A DNA stretch of 63,313 nt, counting the filler. It is 3 parts of 3 records of this genome, joined end to end, with 100 filler letters (N's around TTAATTAATTAA, not from the genome) between each part and the next. Parts side by side here need not be neighbours in the genome. Positions count along the whole stretch, not along the records: positions 40,432 to 63,313 come from SRR22947725_8050; 2 more parts are not named here. One strand, 5' to 3'. Below, piece by piece: positions 42,211-51,067 of this stretch (the stretch's first letter is position 1; each line of letters starts with the position of its first letter). A program made the position numbers and the translations under genes. The notes beneath the pieces were generated by a model. That model worked only from the letters and a program-made list of their open reading frames with translations, had not been told where the DNA came from and made no database searches.

Positions 42211-43830
42211 ATGAAGAACGAGGACAAAAAGAAGGACATTCCAAGTCCAGAGGAATTTCAAAAACAACTTTCGGATTTTATGAAGCAGAACTTTTCCGGT
42301 ATGGGGTTTTCTCCATTTGGAGGGGGCGCATCTGGTAACAAGGAATCAGCCTCTGGAAACGACGAAGAAACAAAGCAAAGTAGTATTGAGGATTTATTAA
42401 AGTTCGATTATCGCCCCAAGGGTGTAAAAGCTTATCTGGACCGTTTTGTCATTCAGCAGGATGAGGCCAAGAAAGTTTTAAGTGTGGCATTGTGTGATCA
42501 CTACCATCATGTGCGTCTGGCTTTGGAGGGTAAAGAGGCGCCCAATTATGCCAAACAAAATATCATCCTCGTCGGGCCGACTGGTGTTGGCAAAACCTAC
42601 CTGATCCGGAGTGTTGCTGATCTAATTGGTGTTCCGTTTGTGAAGGCCGATGCAACAAAGTTTTCAGAAACTGGTTACGTTGGGTCGGATGTCGAAGATT
42701 TGATTCGTGAATTATACCGCCGCTCGGACAATGATCTAAAGCGGGCTCAGTTCGGTATCGTTTATCTGGATGAGGTGGACAAGATCGCGATGTCCCAGAA
42801 CTCAGCTGGTTCACGTGATGTCAGCGGTCGTGGAGTACAAACCAACCTGCTCAAGCTCATGGAGGAGACAGACGTGTCCGTGCGCTCTCCCAATGATATG
42901 GCGAGTCAGATTCAGGCGATGATGGAATCACAAAAGGGGCAAAAGGCGGCATCCACCATCAACACCAAGCATGTCCTGTTCATCGTCAGTGGGGCCTTCG
43001 ATGGTTTGGAGCCTATCATTCGTCGTCGAATGAGTGAGGCAACCATTGGTTTCGCCTCTTCCAGAAATGGCAATCAAAAAGAAGGTGAAATGCTTGAGCA
43101 GGTCCAGACCAAAGATTTTATCGAATTTGGATTTGAACCGGAATTCGTTGGACGTCTGCCCGTACGTGTGGTTTGTAATCCTTTGGAAGTGGAAGATTTA
43201 TTTCACATCCTCAAAACATCAGAAGGTAGCATCATCCGGCAATATGAACAGGATTTTGCTGCATACGGTATCGATATTCTTTTCAAGCCGGATGGCCTTC
43301 GTCGCATTGCTGAAATGGCGGTTGAAGAGAAAACGGGTGCCCGAGGATTGATGACTGTTTGTGAACGAGTTTTCAGGAACTTTAAATATGAGCTGCCAAG
43401 TTCCGATGTAAAACGATTTGAAGTGACGCGTGAAGTGGTGGATTGTCCGGCTGAGCAACTCAAGAAGTTGTTAGCCGAGCAATCTCAAAAGGAACGGGAA
43501 GTCGCAGGCAAGATTCTGGATGAATTTGTGGCAAGATTTGAGGAATCACATGAAATTCAAATGGTTATCGAGGAAGCCGGGCGGCGTTGTCTTATTGATC
43601 ATTCTCTTACCAAAGGCATCCCCATCCGCGATCTGTGGTTGGAGCGATTCAAGGATTATCAATTTGGACTCAAACTCATCGAACAGAACACCGGCCAAAA
43701 GAAATTCATCATCGATGAAGCAGCTGCCAAAGATCCAGACAAGCGACTAAGTGATTGGGTGGTTGCAAGTTATCGCGAAAAGGAAACTCTAGCTGAGAAT
43801 GTTGACCAGAAAAACCCTGAGACCGAATAG
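42211..43830 (+). CDS. ClpX-like AAA+ ATPase (no Zn-binding domain, C-terminal extension)
   Basis: GPTGVGKT, ADATKFSETGYVG pore loop, YLDEVDKI, RDVSGRGVQ, IGF loop, PEFVGRLP, TGARGL. Confidence 0.9.
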   Translation: MKNEDKKKDIPSPEEFQKQLSDFMKQNFSGMGFSPFGGGASGNKESASGNDEETKQSSIEDLLKFDYRPKGVKAYLDRFVIQQDEAKKVLSVALCDHYHHVRLALEGKEAPNYAKQNIILVGPTGVGKTYLIRSVADLIGVPFVKADATKFSETGYVGSDVEDLIRELYRRSDNDLKRAQFGIVYLDEVDKIAMSQNSAGSRDVSGRGVQTNLLKLMEETDVSVRSPNDMASQIQAMMESQKGQKAASTINTKHVLFIVSGAFDGLEPIIRRRMSEATIGFASSRNGNQKEGEMLEQVQTKDFIEFGFEPEFVGRLPVRVVCNPLEVEDLFHILKTSEGSIIRQYEQDFAAYGIDILFKPDGLRRIAEMAVEEKTGARGLMTVCERVFRNFKYELPSSDVKRFEVTREVVDCPAEQLKKLLAEQSQKEREVAGKILDEFVARFEESHEIQMVIEEAGRRCLIDHSLTKGIPIRDLWLERFKDYQFGLKLIEQNTGQKKFIIDEAAAKDPDKRLSDWVVASYREKETLAENVDQKNPETE

Positions 43831-44026
43831 ATTTGTATTCAATGCATATATTCTAGACACATGGGGCTGCCCCATTTTCTACAATTTGGCTTCTTGGTTA
43901 TTCTAGAAAGAATCTTTTTCATCTCCCTCAAGTGGGGTTATGCCTTTACTCGTATGCAAGTGATCCATCTGTCGGAAGAGTGCGCTTTAGGTCATCATCG
44001 TTGACAAGAGTGCTACTCACTTTTTA

Positions 44027-46132
44027 TCAACCCTCAAACAAGGTCTCAAAATCTGAGATATTTTGTGACACGGTCCATATTGCGAGGCACCCTTCAGCGC
44101 TTGCCGGGTCATTGAGAACGAGTGAGCCAGTTTCAATTCTCCTATGGCTATCGAGGCGAACTGGATATTTGTCGTTCAGATTTTGAGCCCATTCATTAAA
44201 AGAATGGAATGTTGATCGCTTTAAATCGGGTGTCGACAATAGTCGAAGATATCCAGGGCAGCCTGGTGCATTATGGCGGCTTAACTCCACTGCCAAACGC
44301 CCCATCGTAAACCTTGGATTGATTTCTATGATAGGCTTCAGCCTGATTTGACCATTCGGATCTGAATAAATGGCTGCGTCGATCCCCAATGGTCCCACAA
44401 ACCCTGATTTTTCCACTGCTGGTTTGATGAATTTGATCAGATCCTGAAACATGCGGGTCATTCTGTCTGGTGATCCCTCGTGAGCAAAGCGAGCCAGCCT
44501 GGCTGAAAGTCCTCTGCTGAAGGTCGGAAGCCACAAGGTCCCTTTGTACTGACCCCGAGCATCGACCTTCAAGTGGGTCCAGTCCACAATCCGGATTCCA
44601 CCGGGTTCTACCTCCAACTGCAAAGAAAAATCGCAGAGTCTATCAAGCCAGGGTTCAATGATGACCTTTCCCTCGCGTTCGATGACATTATTTATCCATG
44701 CTAATTGTCGGTCAGAAATCTCTGGCTCCCAAAGGCGCAGCATATTCCCACCCGCAGATCCGAAAACGGATTTCACCACATGGCGGTGGAAATGCGCATG
44801 GCGGAGTACCTCAATTCGCTGGAGCACTTGATCTGTGGATGTAGCAACTTTACCAACGGTATCGGGTGAGCAATGCCAATCCTGCCAACCATGATGATCC
44901 AAGAATTGTTGGAGTTGACTGGCGCTCCAATCCTTCCCGAACAAAGGGAGAATGTTTTCTTCCCATACCTTTGCTTTTACTGGAGGGGAGGTCGTCAATT
45001 TGCCGATGAGTGGGGTGAAAAGGCTCCAAACATCACTGCTCCAGGCCCAAGGTTTGAAACTTCCCACCTTACGTTTGAGTAGTTCAGATGTTTTTTCAAG
45101 ACGTCCCTGTTCGAGGGTTTCAAACTGTGGTAAATCAAAACCCGCTTTTTTTATCGAAACCAGATATTCCAATCGGGGTTCCTCATTCAGCAAGACCACA
45201 TCATCCGCTCGACACAAGAAGGCGGGTAATATTTCCAGATCCTTTTTAAATCCGATCTGCCTTTTGTTTGGAGTGAATCCGGGGCCAGTAGCCATGTATT
45301 GCTCGGCAAAGGGATTGAATGTGTAAATGCCCGGAGTTCGGCCTTTGGATTTGGAGTAAACGTAGAGTTTGTGAATAAACTCGGAATCCAACCCGACGCG
45401 TTTTCGCCCTTCCTGATTGAATGGTTCAGCCTTTGCCCGTCGAGGTGATAATGGAAATTCCAATTGTGCTTGATAAGCTTCCCAGTCGCTTAATTCCGGG
45501 TTTTTCCATTTTCTGAACCACTTCAATCCGTAACCGACGTGACCAATTTCATCACGGTAAATCCGCTCGAGGAGTTTTTTGGAATCCATGTCTCCAATTT
45601 TTTCAAATTGGCCTGCAAAGAATTTTGAAAAATCCAGATTCGCCTGTTCAAATGTGAGAGAGAGTCGACTGACATAATCCATGGGAGTTCGCATGGGAGC
45701 GATCATTTTCCAGAAATATCCATTCACGTGATACTGTCCAAACTCGACACCTATATCTGAGAGGCGCTTGATGTATATGCGTGTGTGTTCCTGCTCATCC
45801 TTTAATGTTTTCAATACCCCTCTTCGAAAAGCCTTGGGAGCCTCTGGGAATTTCAGGAGTACGAGTGCCATCAGTTCGGTTGCCAGCAACTCATGGTTTG
45901 TGAAATAATGAAGTATTCTCGCCCGTGTGGAATCCTTTTCCAGATGATGTAAGGCAGGGAATGCTGACTTGCCCTTGTTCTCGGTAAACTGAAGCTGAAC
46001 ATTACGGTGAGGTGCGTTCGGTGCTTCAATAGAAACGCCGGGATGGCTATCCGTGATTTTTGATGGACAGTCCAATTTTACCGAAAGTTCCGGACTGAAT
46101 AGAATACGCTCGGCCAATTCTCGTAGTTCCAT
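44027..46132 (-). CDS. Ferritin-like (DUF455-type) diiron domain fused to ATP-grasp-like domain
   Basis: NHELLATEL, DEQEH, FEQANLD, DEIGHV..G.KWF; then KSVFGSAGG, IIEPWL, GPLGID, IIEINPRFTMG. Confidence 0.8.
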   Translation of the reverse strand: MELRELAERILFSPELSVKLDCPSKITDSHPGVSIEAPNAPHRNVQLQFTENKGKSAFPALHHLEKDSTRARILHYFTNHELLATELMALVLLKFPEAPKAFRRGVLKTLKDEQEHTRIYIKRLSDIGVEFGQYHVNGYFWKMIAPMRTPMDYVSRLSLTFEQANLDFSKFFAGQFEKIGDMDSKKLLERIYRDEIGHVGYGLKWFRKWKNPELSDWEAYQAQLEFPLSPRRAKAEPFNQEGRKRVGLDSEFIHKLYVYSKSKGRTPGIYTFNPFAEQYMATGPGFTPNKRQIGFKKDLEILPAFLCRADDVVLLNEEPRLEYLVSIKKAGFDLPQFETLEQGRLEKTSELLKRKVGSFKPWAWSSDVWSLFTPLIGKLTTSPPVKAKVWEENILPLFGKDWSASQLQQFLDHHGWQDWHCSPDTVGKVATSTDQVLQRIEVLRHAHFHRHVVKSVFGSAGGNMLRLWEPEISDRQLAWINNVIEREGKVIIEPWLDRLCDFSLQLEVEPGGIRIVDWTHLKVDARGQYKGTLWLPTFSRGLSARLARFAHEGSPDRMTRMFQDLIKFIKPAVEKSGFVGPLGIDAAIYSDPNGQIRLKPIIEINPRFTMGRLAVELSRHNAPGCPGYLRLLSTPDLKRSTFHSFNEWAQNLNDKYPVRLDSHRRIETGSLVLNDPASAEGCLAIWTVSQNISDFETLFEG

Positions 46133-46161
46133 GCTCGCTTGATGCAAACCGTCAGTGTTGT

Positions 46162-46941
46162 CTAGTACCAAATTAACCTGATTCCTGCGATGCCCGAAAA
46201 AGCATACAGCAAAATTTCGAAGGCACCTTGTGGAATACGGTCAATTAATCGTTTGCCAAGGAATATACCCGCAAAAATGCCCGGCAGCAACAAGACATCC
46301 ATTTTCAAGGACCAGGTATTGATGATATCCAAATCCGTCATGAATGGCACTTTGATGATGTTAACCAGAAGGAAACATCGGGCACCAATGCCCAGGAACT
46401 CCTTTTTGGGCATTTTATGAACCAGTGAGTAAATAGAGTAAACGGGGCCGGCCGCATTAGCCATCATGGTTGAAATACCGATGGTCAATCCACTCCCCCA
46501 TCTGAAAATTTCAGAATCAGGAAGCTTCTTCAAAAAATCCTGTCTGTAACTGCGTGCAAGCTGAAGGATCAGCATTACAAGGATGATGAGGCCTATTGAT
46601 TTTCTTGCTGTCGAATTGTCGATGCTTCCCAGGAAAAAGTAACCGCCGATGATACCAAGAAAACTTGGGATCAGGATGGGCCACACTTGCTTCCACGTCG
46701 CATGACGCCGGAACATCGGATAAACAGTGATGTCACAAACAATGAGCAGTGGTAATATCAAGCCTACGGACTCTTTGGCACCAAATAATTCAGCCATCAC
46801 TAAAACATTCACCAAGGCCAACCCCGGAAAACCCGTCTTTGAAAACCCGAGACTGAAAGCTCCCAATAAGGCCAGCGCCCATTGAACCCATGTGATATCT
46901 GACAACGCAATCAAGGCATGAAAGTCGCTCCCAACAGGCAT
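46162..46941 (-). CDS. TauE/SafE family exporter
   Basis: GFSKTGFPG, ESVGLILPLLIVCD, TMMANAAGP, VNIIKVP; multiple TM helices. Confidence 0.85.
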   Translation of the reverse strand: MPVGSDFHALIALSDITWVQWALALLGAFSLGFSKTGFPGLALVNVLVMAELFGAKESVGLILPLLIVCDITVYPMFRRHATWKQVWPILIPSFLGIIGGYFFLGSIDNSTARKSIGLIILVMLILQLARSYRQDFLKKLPDSEIFRWGSGLTIGISTMMANAAGPVYSIYSLVHKMPKKEFLGIGARCFLLVNIIKVPFMTDLDIINTWSLKMDVLLLPGIFAGIFLGKRLIDRIPQGAFEILLYAFSGIAGIRLIWY

Positions 46942-47048
46942 TCAATGCAAGCCATTTCGGCATGCATTCCTAACAGCTGTAAAAATTAGTCTTCCCTACT
47001 TTTGTTTTGCTTGATTAACAAATATGCGGTTAACTTGAAAATTCAAAC

Positions 47049-47933
47049 ATGATGAAATCAAATAAAAACTTACATCCAAGTTATCGGGCGCTGCTGATTT
47101 TTATCTTTTTGGCGATGATAAGTTCTGCTGCTGCTGATCAACCTTCAGATAAAAGTAAGTATCACTTATTCCACCCGACACCCGATCACTTATTGAGAGA
47201 CCTCTCAACCGATAGGCCTGATCTGACGGAATCTCCTTATACAGTGGATGCAGGCCATTTCCAGATTGAAACGGACTTCGTGAATGCTTCCTTTGATCAT
47301 GATAAGTCAGGGGGAGGCGATGTGTATTCTCGCAGTGAAACCTATGGAGGAATCAATTTTAAGATTGGATTACTGAACCAAGTAGACTTGCAAACCGTTT
47401 TCAATGTCCATGTGATCGATACGTCCAAGAATCGAATCACTGGAGCCAAAACGCGCGAGCAGGGTTTTGGTGACATCACAACCCGACTGAAGATCAATCT
47501 TTGGGGGAACGATCAAGGTCGAACCGCGCTGGGGATCATGCCCTTTCTCAAGTATCCTCTATCTGCCTCAGGTGTACGGAATGGTAAAACCGAGGGTGGA
47601 ATCATTCTTCCATTTTCCATGGATGCGGGGAAAGGCTGGGGACTGGGTGCTCAGACGGAAGTGGATTTCGTCAGCGACGGTGCCGGAGGTCATGATGCCG
47701 AATACTTCAACACAGTGACCATCGGGCACGATATCATAGGAAATCTTGCTGGTTACACTGAATTTGCCGCACTGTTGACACCTGAAAATTCAGTTGACTG
47801 GCAGGGGTTTTGGAACGTCGGTTTCACCTATGCCATCAATGCCAATACCCAATTGGACTGCGGTTGCAACTTTGGAGTGACTGATTCCGCGCCTGACTAC
47901 AATCCATTTTTTGGTATGAGCTTCAGGTATTGA
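47049..47933 (+). CDS. Putative outer-membrane beta-barrel (phenol-degradation MetA-pathway-like family)
   Basis: Signal peptide, STDRPD.TESPYTV.AGHFQIE, GFGDI..RLK.NL, C-terminal GMSFRY. Confidence 0.75.
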   Translation: MMKSNKNLHPSYRALLIFIFLAMISSAAADQPSDKSKYHLFHPTPDHLLRDLSTDRPDLTESPYTVDAGHFQIETDFVNASFDHDKSGGGDVYSRSETYGGINFKIGLLNQVDLQTVFNVHVIDTSKNRITGAKTREQGFGDITTRLKINLWGNDQGRTALGIMPFLKYPLSASGVRNGKTEGGIILPFSMDAGKGWGLGAQTEVDFVSDGAGGHDAEYFNTVTIGHDIIGNLAGYTEFAALLTPENSVDWQGFWNVGFTYAINANTQLDCGCNFGVTDSAPDYNPFFGMSFRY

Positions 47934-47934
47934 T

Positions 47935-50900
47935 TTACTTCAATTCTCTGAAACCTTGCATCACTCGTTCTCTCAGATCATCAAAGAAGGTATAAAATAC
48001 TGGAACAACGAGCAGGGTCAGGATCGTGGCTGTTGTCATGCCGCCAATCAAAGTCAGACCAAAACTCTTGTAGCTCAGACCTAGCTCGGTTGGCTCACTG
48101 AATGTCAGCGGAATCATTCCAATGATGGTGGTCAGGGCTGTCATCAAGATCGGGCGAAACCGGCGATCTGCAGCCTTCAGTAGAGCTTCTGTCCGCTCAA
48201 GCCCTTGTTGTCTGAGCCTGTTGACGTAATCCACAAGGACGATCCCATTGTTCACGACGACACCAATGAGCAATATCGTACCGACAAATCCCAGAACATC
48301 GAGATCCTTGCCGGTCAACCAATGGCTCCAAACCACGCCTATTCCAGCGAGTGGAATGGTCAGGATAATTGAAAGTGGAAGCACAAAGCTTTCGAATAGA
48401 AATCCCATCAGCAAGTAAATGAACAAGACAGAAACCATAGCTGCAAATTGAAGGTTTTTAATGGTTTCATTGGTGGACATATCGTTTTGGCTGATTCCGA
48501 ATGAAACGCCCTCGGGTAAATCCATTTGATTTGTCAGTTCTTTTATGGCCGCGTGGGTCTCCTTCGCCAGCTCCGGAGCAAGGTCGACCGTGATGCTTCT
48601 GTTGATGCGCTTATTGCGCCGACTGATGCCATCAGATGACTCCAGCATTTTGACATCCGTCAGCGTTGAAAGTGGTACTGAATTCCCATCTCGAGTGGGA
48701 ACCTGAAAATTCGAGAGATCGGTGAGACGTTCTCGGTCGTCTTCTTCAAACCGGATCCGAACAGGGATTTCCCGTCCTTCATAGTGAAAGCGCGGCAATG
48801 TTTGCCCTCTCAAAGCATAACCAACCATTCCTGCAACAAATTCGGGGTTCACGTTTGACGATTCAGTCCGATTTCGATCCACGACAAGGGCCAGTTCATT
48901 GGCTGATCTTTCCTGTCCACTGCGTATACCTATCACACCTGGTAGCGCCTCCAGCACCGGTTCGAGATCAGTAGCAATCTTTTCCAACACACCGGCATCG
49001 TCACCTTCCAGATGGAGGACATGCACTGTTTGTCCCTTAGCCTCTTCATTCTGGCTTTCCTTACCGCTCCGCAATTTAACCCCGGCCATTTTGGGTAAGT
49101 CCTCTAGCACTGATTTAGCCATTTCAGTTGCTGTTAACTGATTGTCCTCTTCCATGTCCAACCAGCCTTCAATGTTTCCGCCGCGGCCAAAATGCATCAT
49201 CATGAAACCGCTAAGTTTTAATTCTTCCTTTTTGGCTTTCATGATTTCTTCAGCCTCTTGAAAATATTCAGCGGTATCTTCGAATATGGCTTCTCTTGAC
49301 ATTTCGACGCCAATTTGAAAAGAGGCTCTATCTTCTTCCTGATTCGGCGAAAATTCAATTTCTCGAAAAATAATGCCGTAAGATAATCCCATCACCAATG
49401 CCAGCAAAATCACCAGATCCATTCTTCTTCGAAGGAAAAAGGAAAGGCAGGCGTGGTAGATTCGCTGCCATTTTTCCATGGAAACCTGGTATGTCTTCTC
49501 AAGGATCCGGTCAAACAAACGATGCACCTTGACCACGCGCGATCTGTTTGGACCATTTTTGCGTGACCTCAAGGTTAAAAATACACTGAGCGGTATGAAT
49601 ACAAGAGCAACAACAAGCGATGCACCGAGAGCAACCGAAATTGGGAGAGACAGTCGCATGAGAAAAAACTGAGCTTCACCTTCGACAAGTGAAACAGGAA
49701 GGAAAACGATGACGGTTGTCAATGTCGCCATGGTAATCGCAAGTGCTATTTCCTGAGCGCCGCGAATACATGCTTCACGCGGTGGCAGTCCGTCCTGTAT
49801 GTGTCTGTATATATTCTCTGCGACAACAACAGAATTGTCTACCAAAAGCCCGACGCAGATCACCAATCCCAGAATGCTGAGCATGTTCAAGGTTTCTCCT
49901 GCGAAGTACATGACGATCAGTGCCATCAAAAGACTGAAAGGAATAGAAAGACTCACAATCATGGTCAGCCGAAACCTCCGAAGGAAAAAGAATAAGACAA
50001 GTCCAGCCAGCAGGCCTCCGATTTCTCCACCTTCAATTAGACTGAAAATGGAAGAACTGACCATCCTCCCCTGATTAAAAAACAGCTCCATGTCCATCGT
50101 TTCGAAAAGTGGATTTGCACGCATTTCTTCCAGTAACGCGTCCAGCTTTTCCCCAACCTCCACCGCATTAGCTTCGCCCTCCTTGAATACAACAATAGCA
50201 GCTGCGGGCTTTGCGTTGACTCTTACACTGAAGTCTTTCTCAGGTTCCTCATACCTTATCCTGGCGACGTCCTTCAATTTGAGTTGATCGTTGATTGGAC
50301 GGTTCCGGAAATCCTCCAAGCTTTGATAACTGGCCACAGATCGAACAAGAAATTTCTTGTCTGATTCAAAAACATGCCCGCCTGCCATGGTGAAGTTGTC
50401 TTGACCCAATTCCTGCGCCAGTTGGTAGATATTCAAGCCGAATGCGTCCGCTTTCTGTTTGTCGATTTCAATAATCACTTCCTTTTCAAGCAGGCCATTG
50501 AGTTCAACATTTGCTATACCATCGATTCGAGATATGGGCAGGATGATCTTTTTTTCAATCAGAGAATAGTAATCAGCCATGCTGGGATCTATCGCAACTC
50601 CCAGAATGGCGACCGGAATGCCGGATGGATCATGCTTTTGAATGAAATATCGCTCCACATCTTCAGGAAACCTTGCACGGGCACGTTCCATGCGGTCCCG
50701 AACCTCTCGGTAAGCCACGGCTATATCCGTTTTAGATTTGAATTTCAAAAAAGCACTCGCACCACTTTGACCTGATCTGGAATTGATACTTTCCAGATGC
50801 TTGACCGTAGACAACTCCTCCTCCATGGGTTTGGTGATCTTCTCCAGCGTTTCTGCCGCTGGAGCATCTGACCATGGAACGTAAACGCTGAGAAATTTTG

Positions 50901-51063
50901 TTTCATATCCTCTAGGGAAAAGTTCCATTGGAAGTCCCAGGGCTGAGATCAATCCCACAACGATGATCGAAAGTAGCAGAACAAATACGGTTACCCTTCG
51001 ATCCAGTGAAAATCTTGCCAGGCGGTTTGACATGGCTTTTGAATTTTCAATATTCGGTTTCAT
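47935..51063 (-). CDS. RND efflux permease (AcrB/AcrD/AcrF family)
   Basis: GLLVDNSVVVAE, GVVVNNGIVLVD, RFRPILMT; 1042 aa. Confidence 0.93.
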   Translation of the reverse strand: MKPNIENSKAMSNRLARFSLDRRVTVFVLLLSIIVVGLISALGLPMELFPRGYETKFLSVYVPWSDAPAAETLEKITKPMEEELSTVKHLESINSRSGQSGASAFLKFKSKTDIAVAYREVRDRMERARARFPEDVERYFIQKHDPSGIPVAILGVAIDPSMADYYSLIEKKIILPISRIDGIANVELNGLLEKEVIIEIDKQKADAFGLNIYQLAQELGQDNFTMAGGHVFESDKKFLVRSVASYQSLEDFRNRPINDQLKLKDVARIRYEEPEKDFSVRVNAKPAAAIVVFKEGEANAVEVGEKLDALLEEMRANPLFETMDMELFFNQGRMVSSSIFSLIEGGEIGGLLAGLVLFFFLRRFRLTMIVSLSIPFSLLMALIVMYFAGETLNMLSILGLVICVGLLVDNSVVVAENIYRHIQDGLPPREACIRGAQEIALAITMATLTTVIVFLPVSLVEGEAQFFLMRLSLPISVALGASLVVALVFIPLSVFLTLRSRKNGPNRSRVVKVHRLFDRILEKTYQVSMEKWQRIYHACLSFFLRRRMDLVILLALVMGLSYGIIFREIEFSPNQEEDRASFQIGVEMSREAIFEDTAEYFQEAEEIMKAKKEELKLSGFMMMHFGRGGNIEGWLDMEEDNQLTATEMAKSVLEDLPKMAGVKLRSGKESQNEEAKGQTVHVLHLEGDDAGVLEKIATDLEPVLEALPGVIGIRSGQERSANELALVVDRNRTESSNVNPEFVAGMVGYALRGQTLPRFHYEGREIPVRIRFEEDDRERLTDLSNFQVPTRDGNSVPLSTLTDVKMLESSDGISRRNKRINRSITVDLAPELAKETHAAIKELTNQMDLPEGVSFGISQNDMSTNETIKNLQFAAMVSVLFIYLLMGFLFESFVLPLSIILTIPLAGIGVVWSHWLTGKDLDVLGFVGTILLIGVVVNNGIVLVDYVNRLRQQGLERTEALLKAADRRFRPILMTALTTIIGMIPLTFSEPTELGLSYKSFGLTLIGGMTTATILTLLVVPVFYTFFDDLRERVMQGFRELK

Positions 51064-51067
51064 GGGG

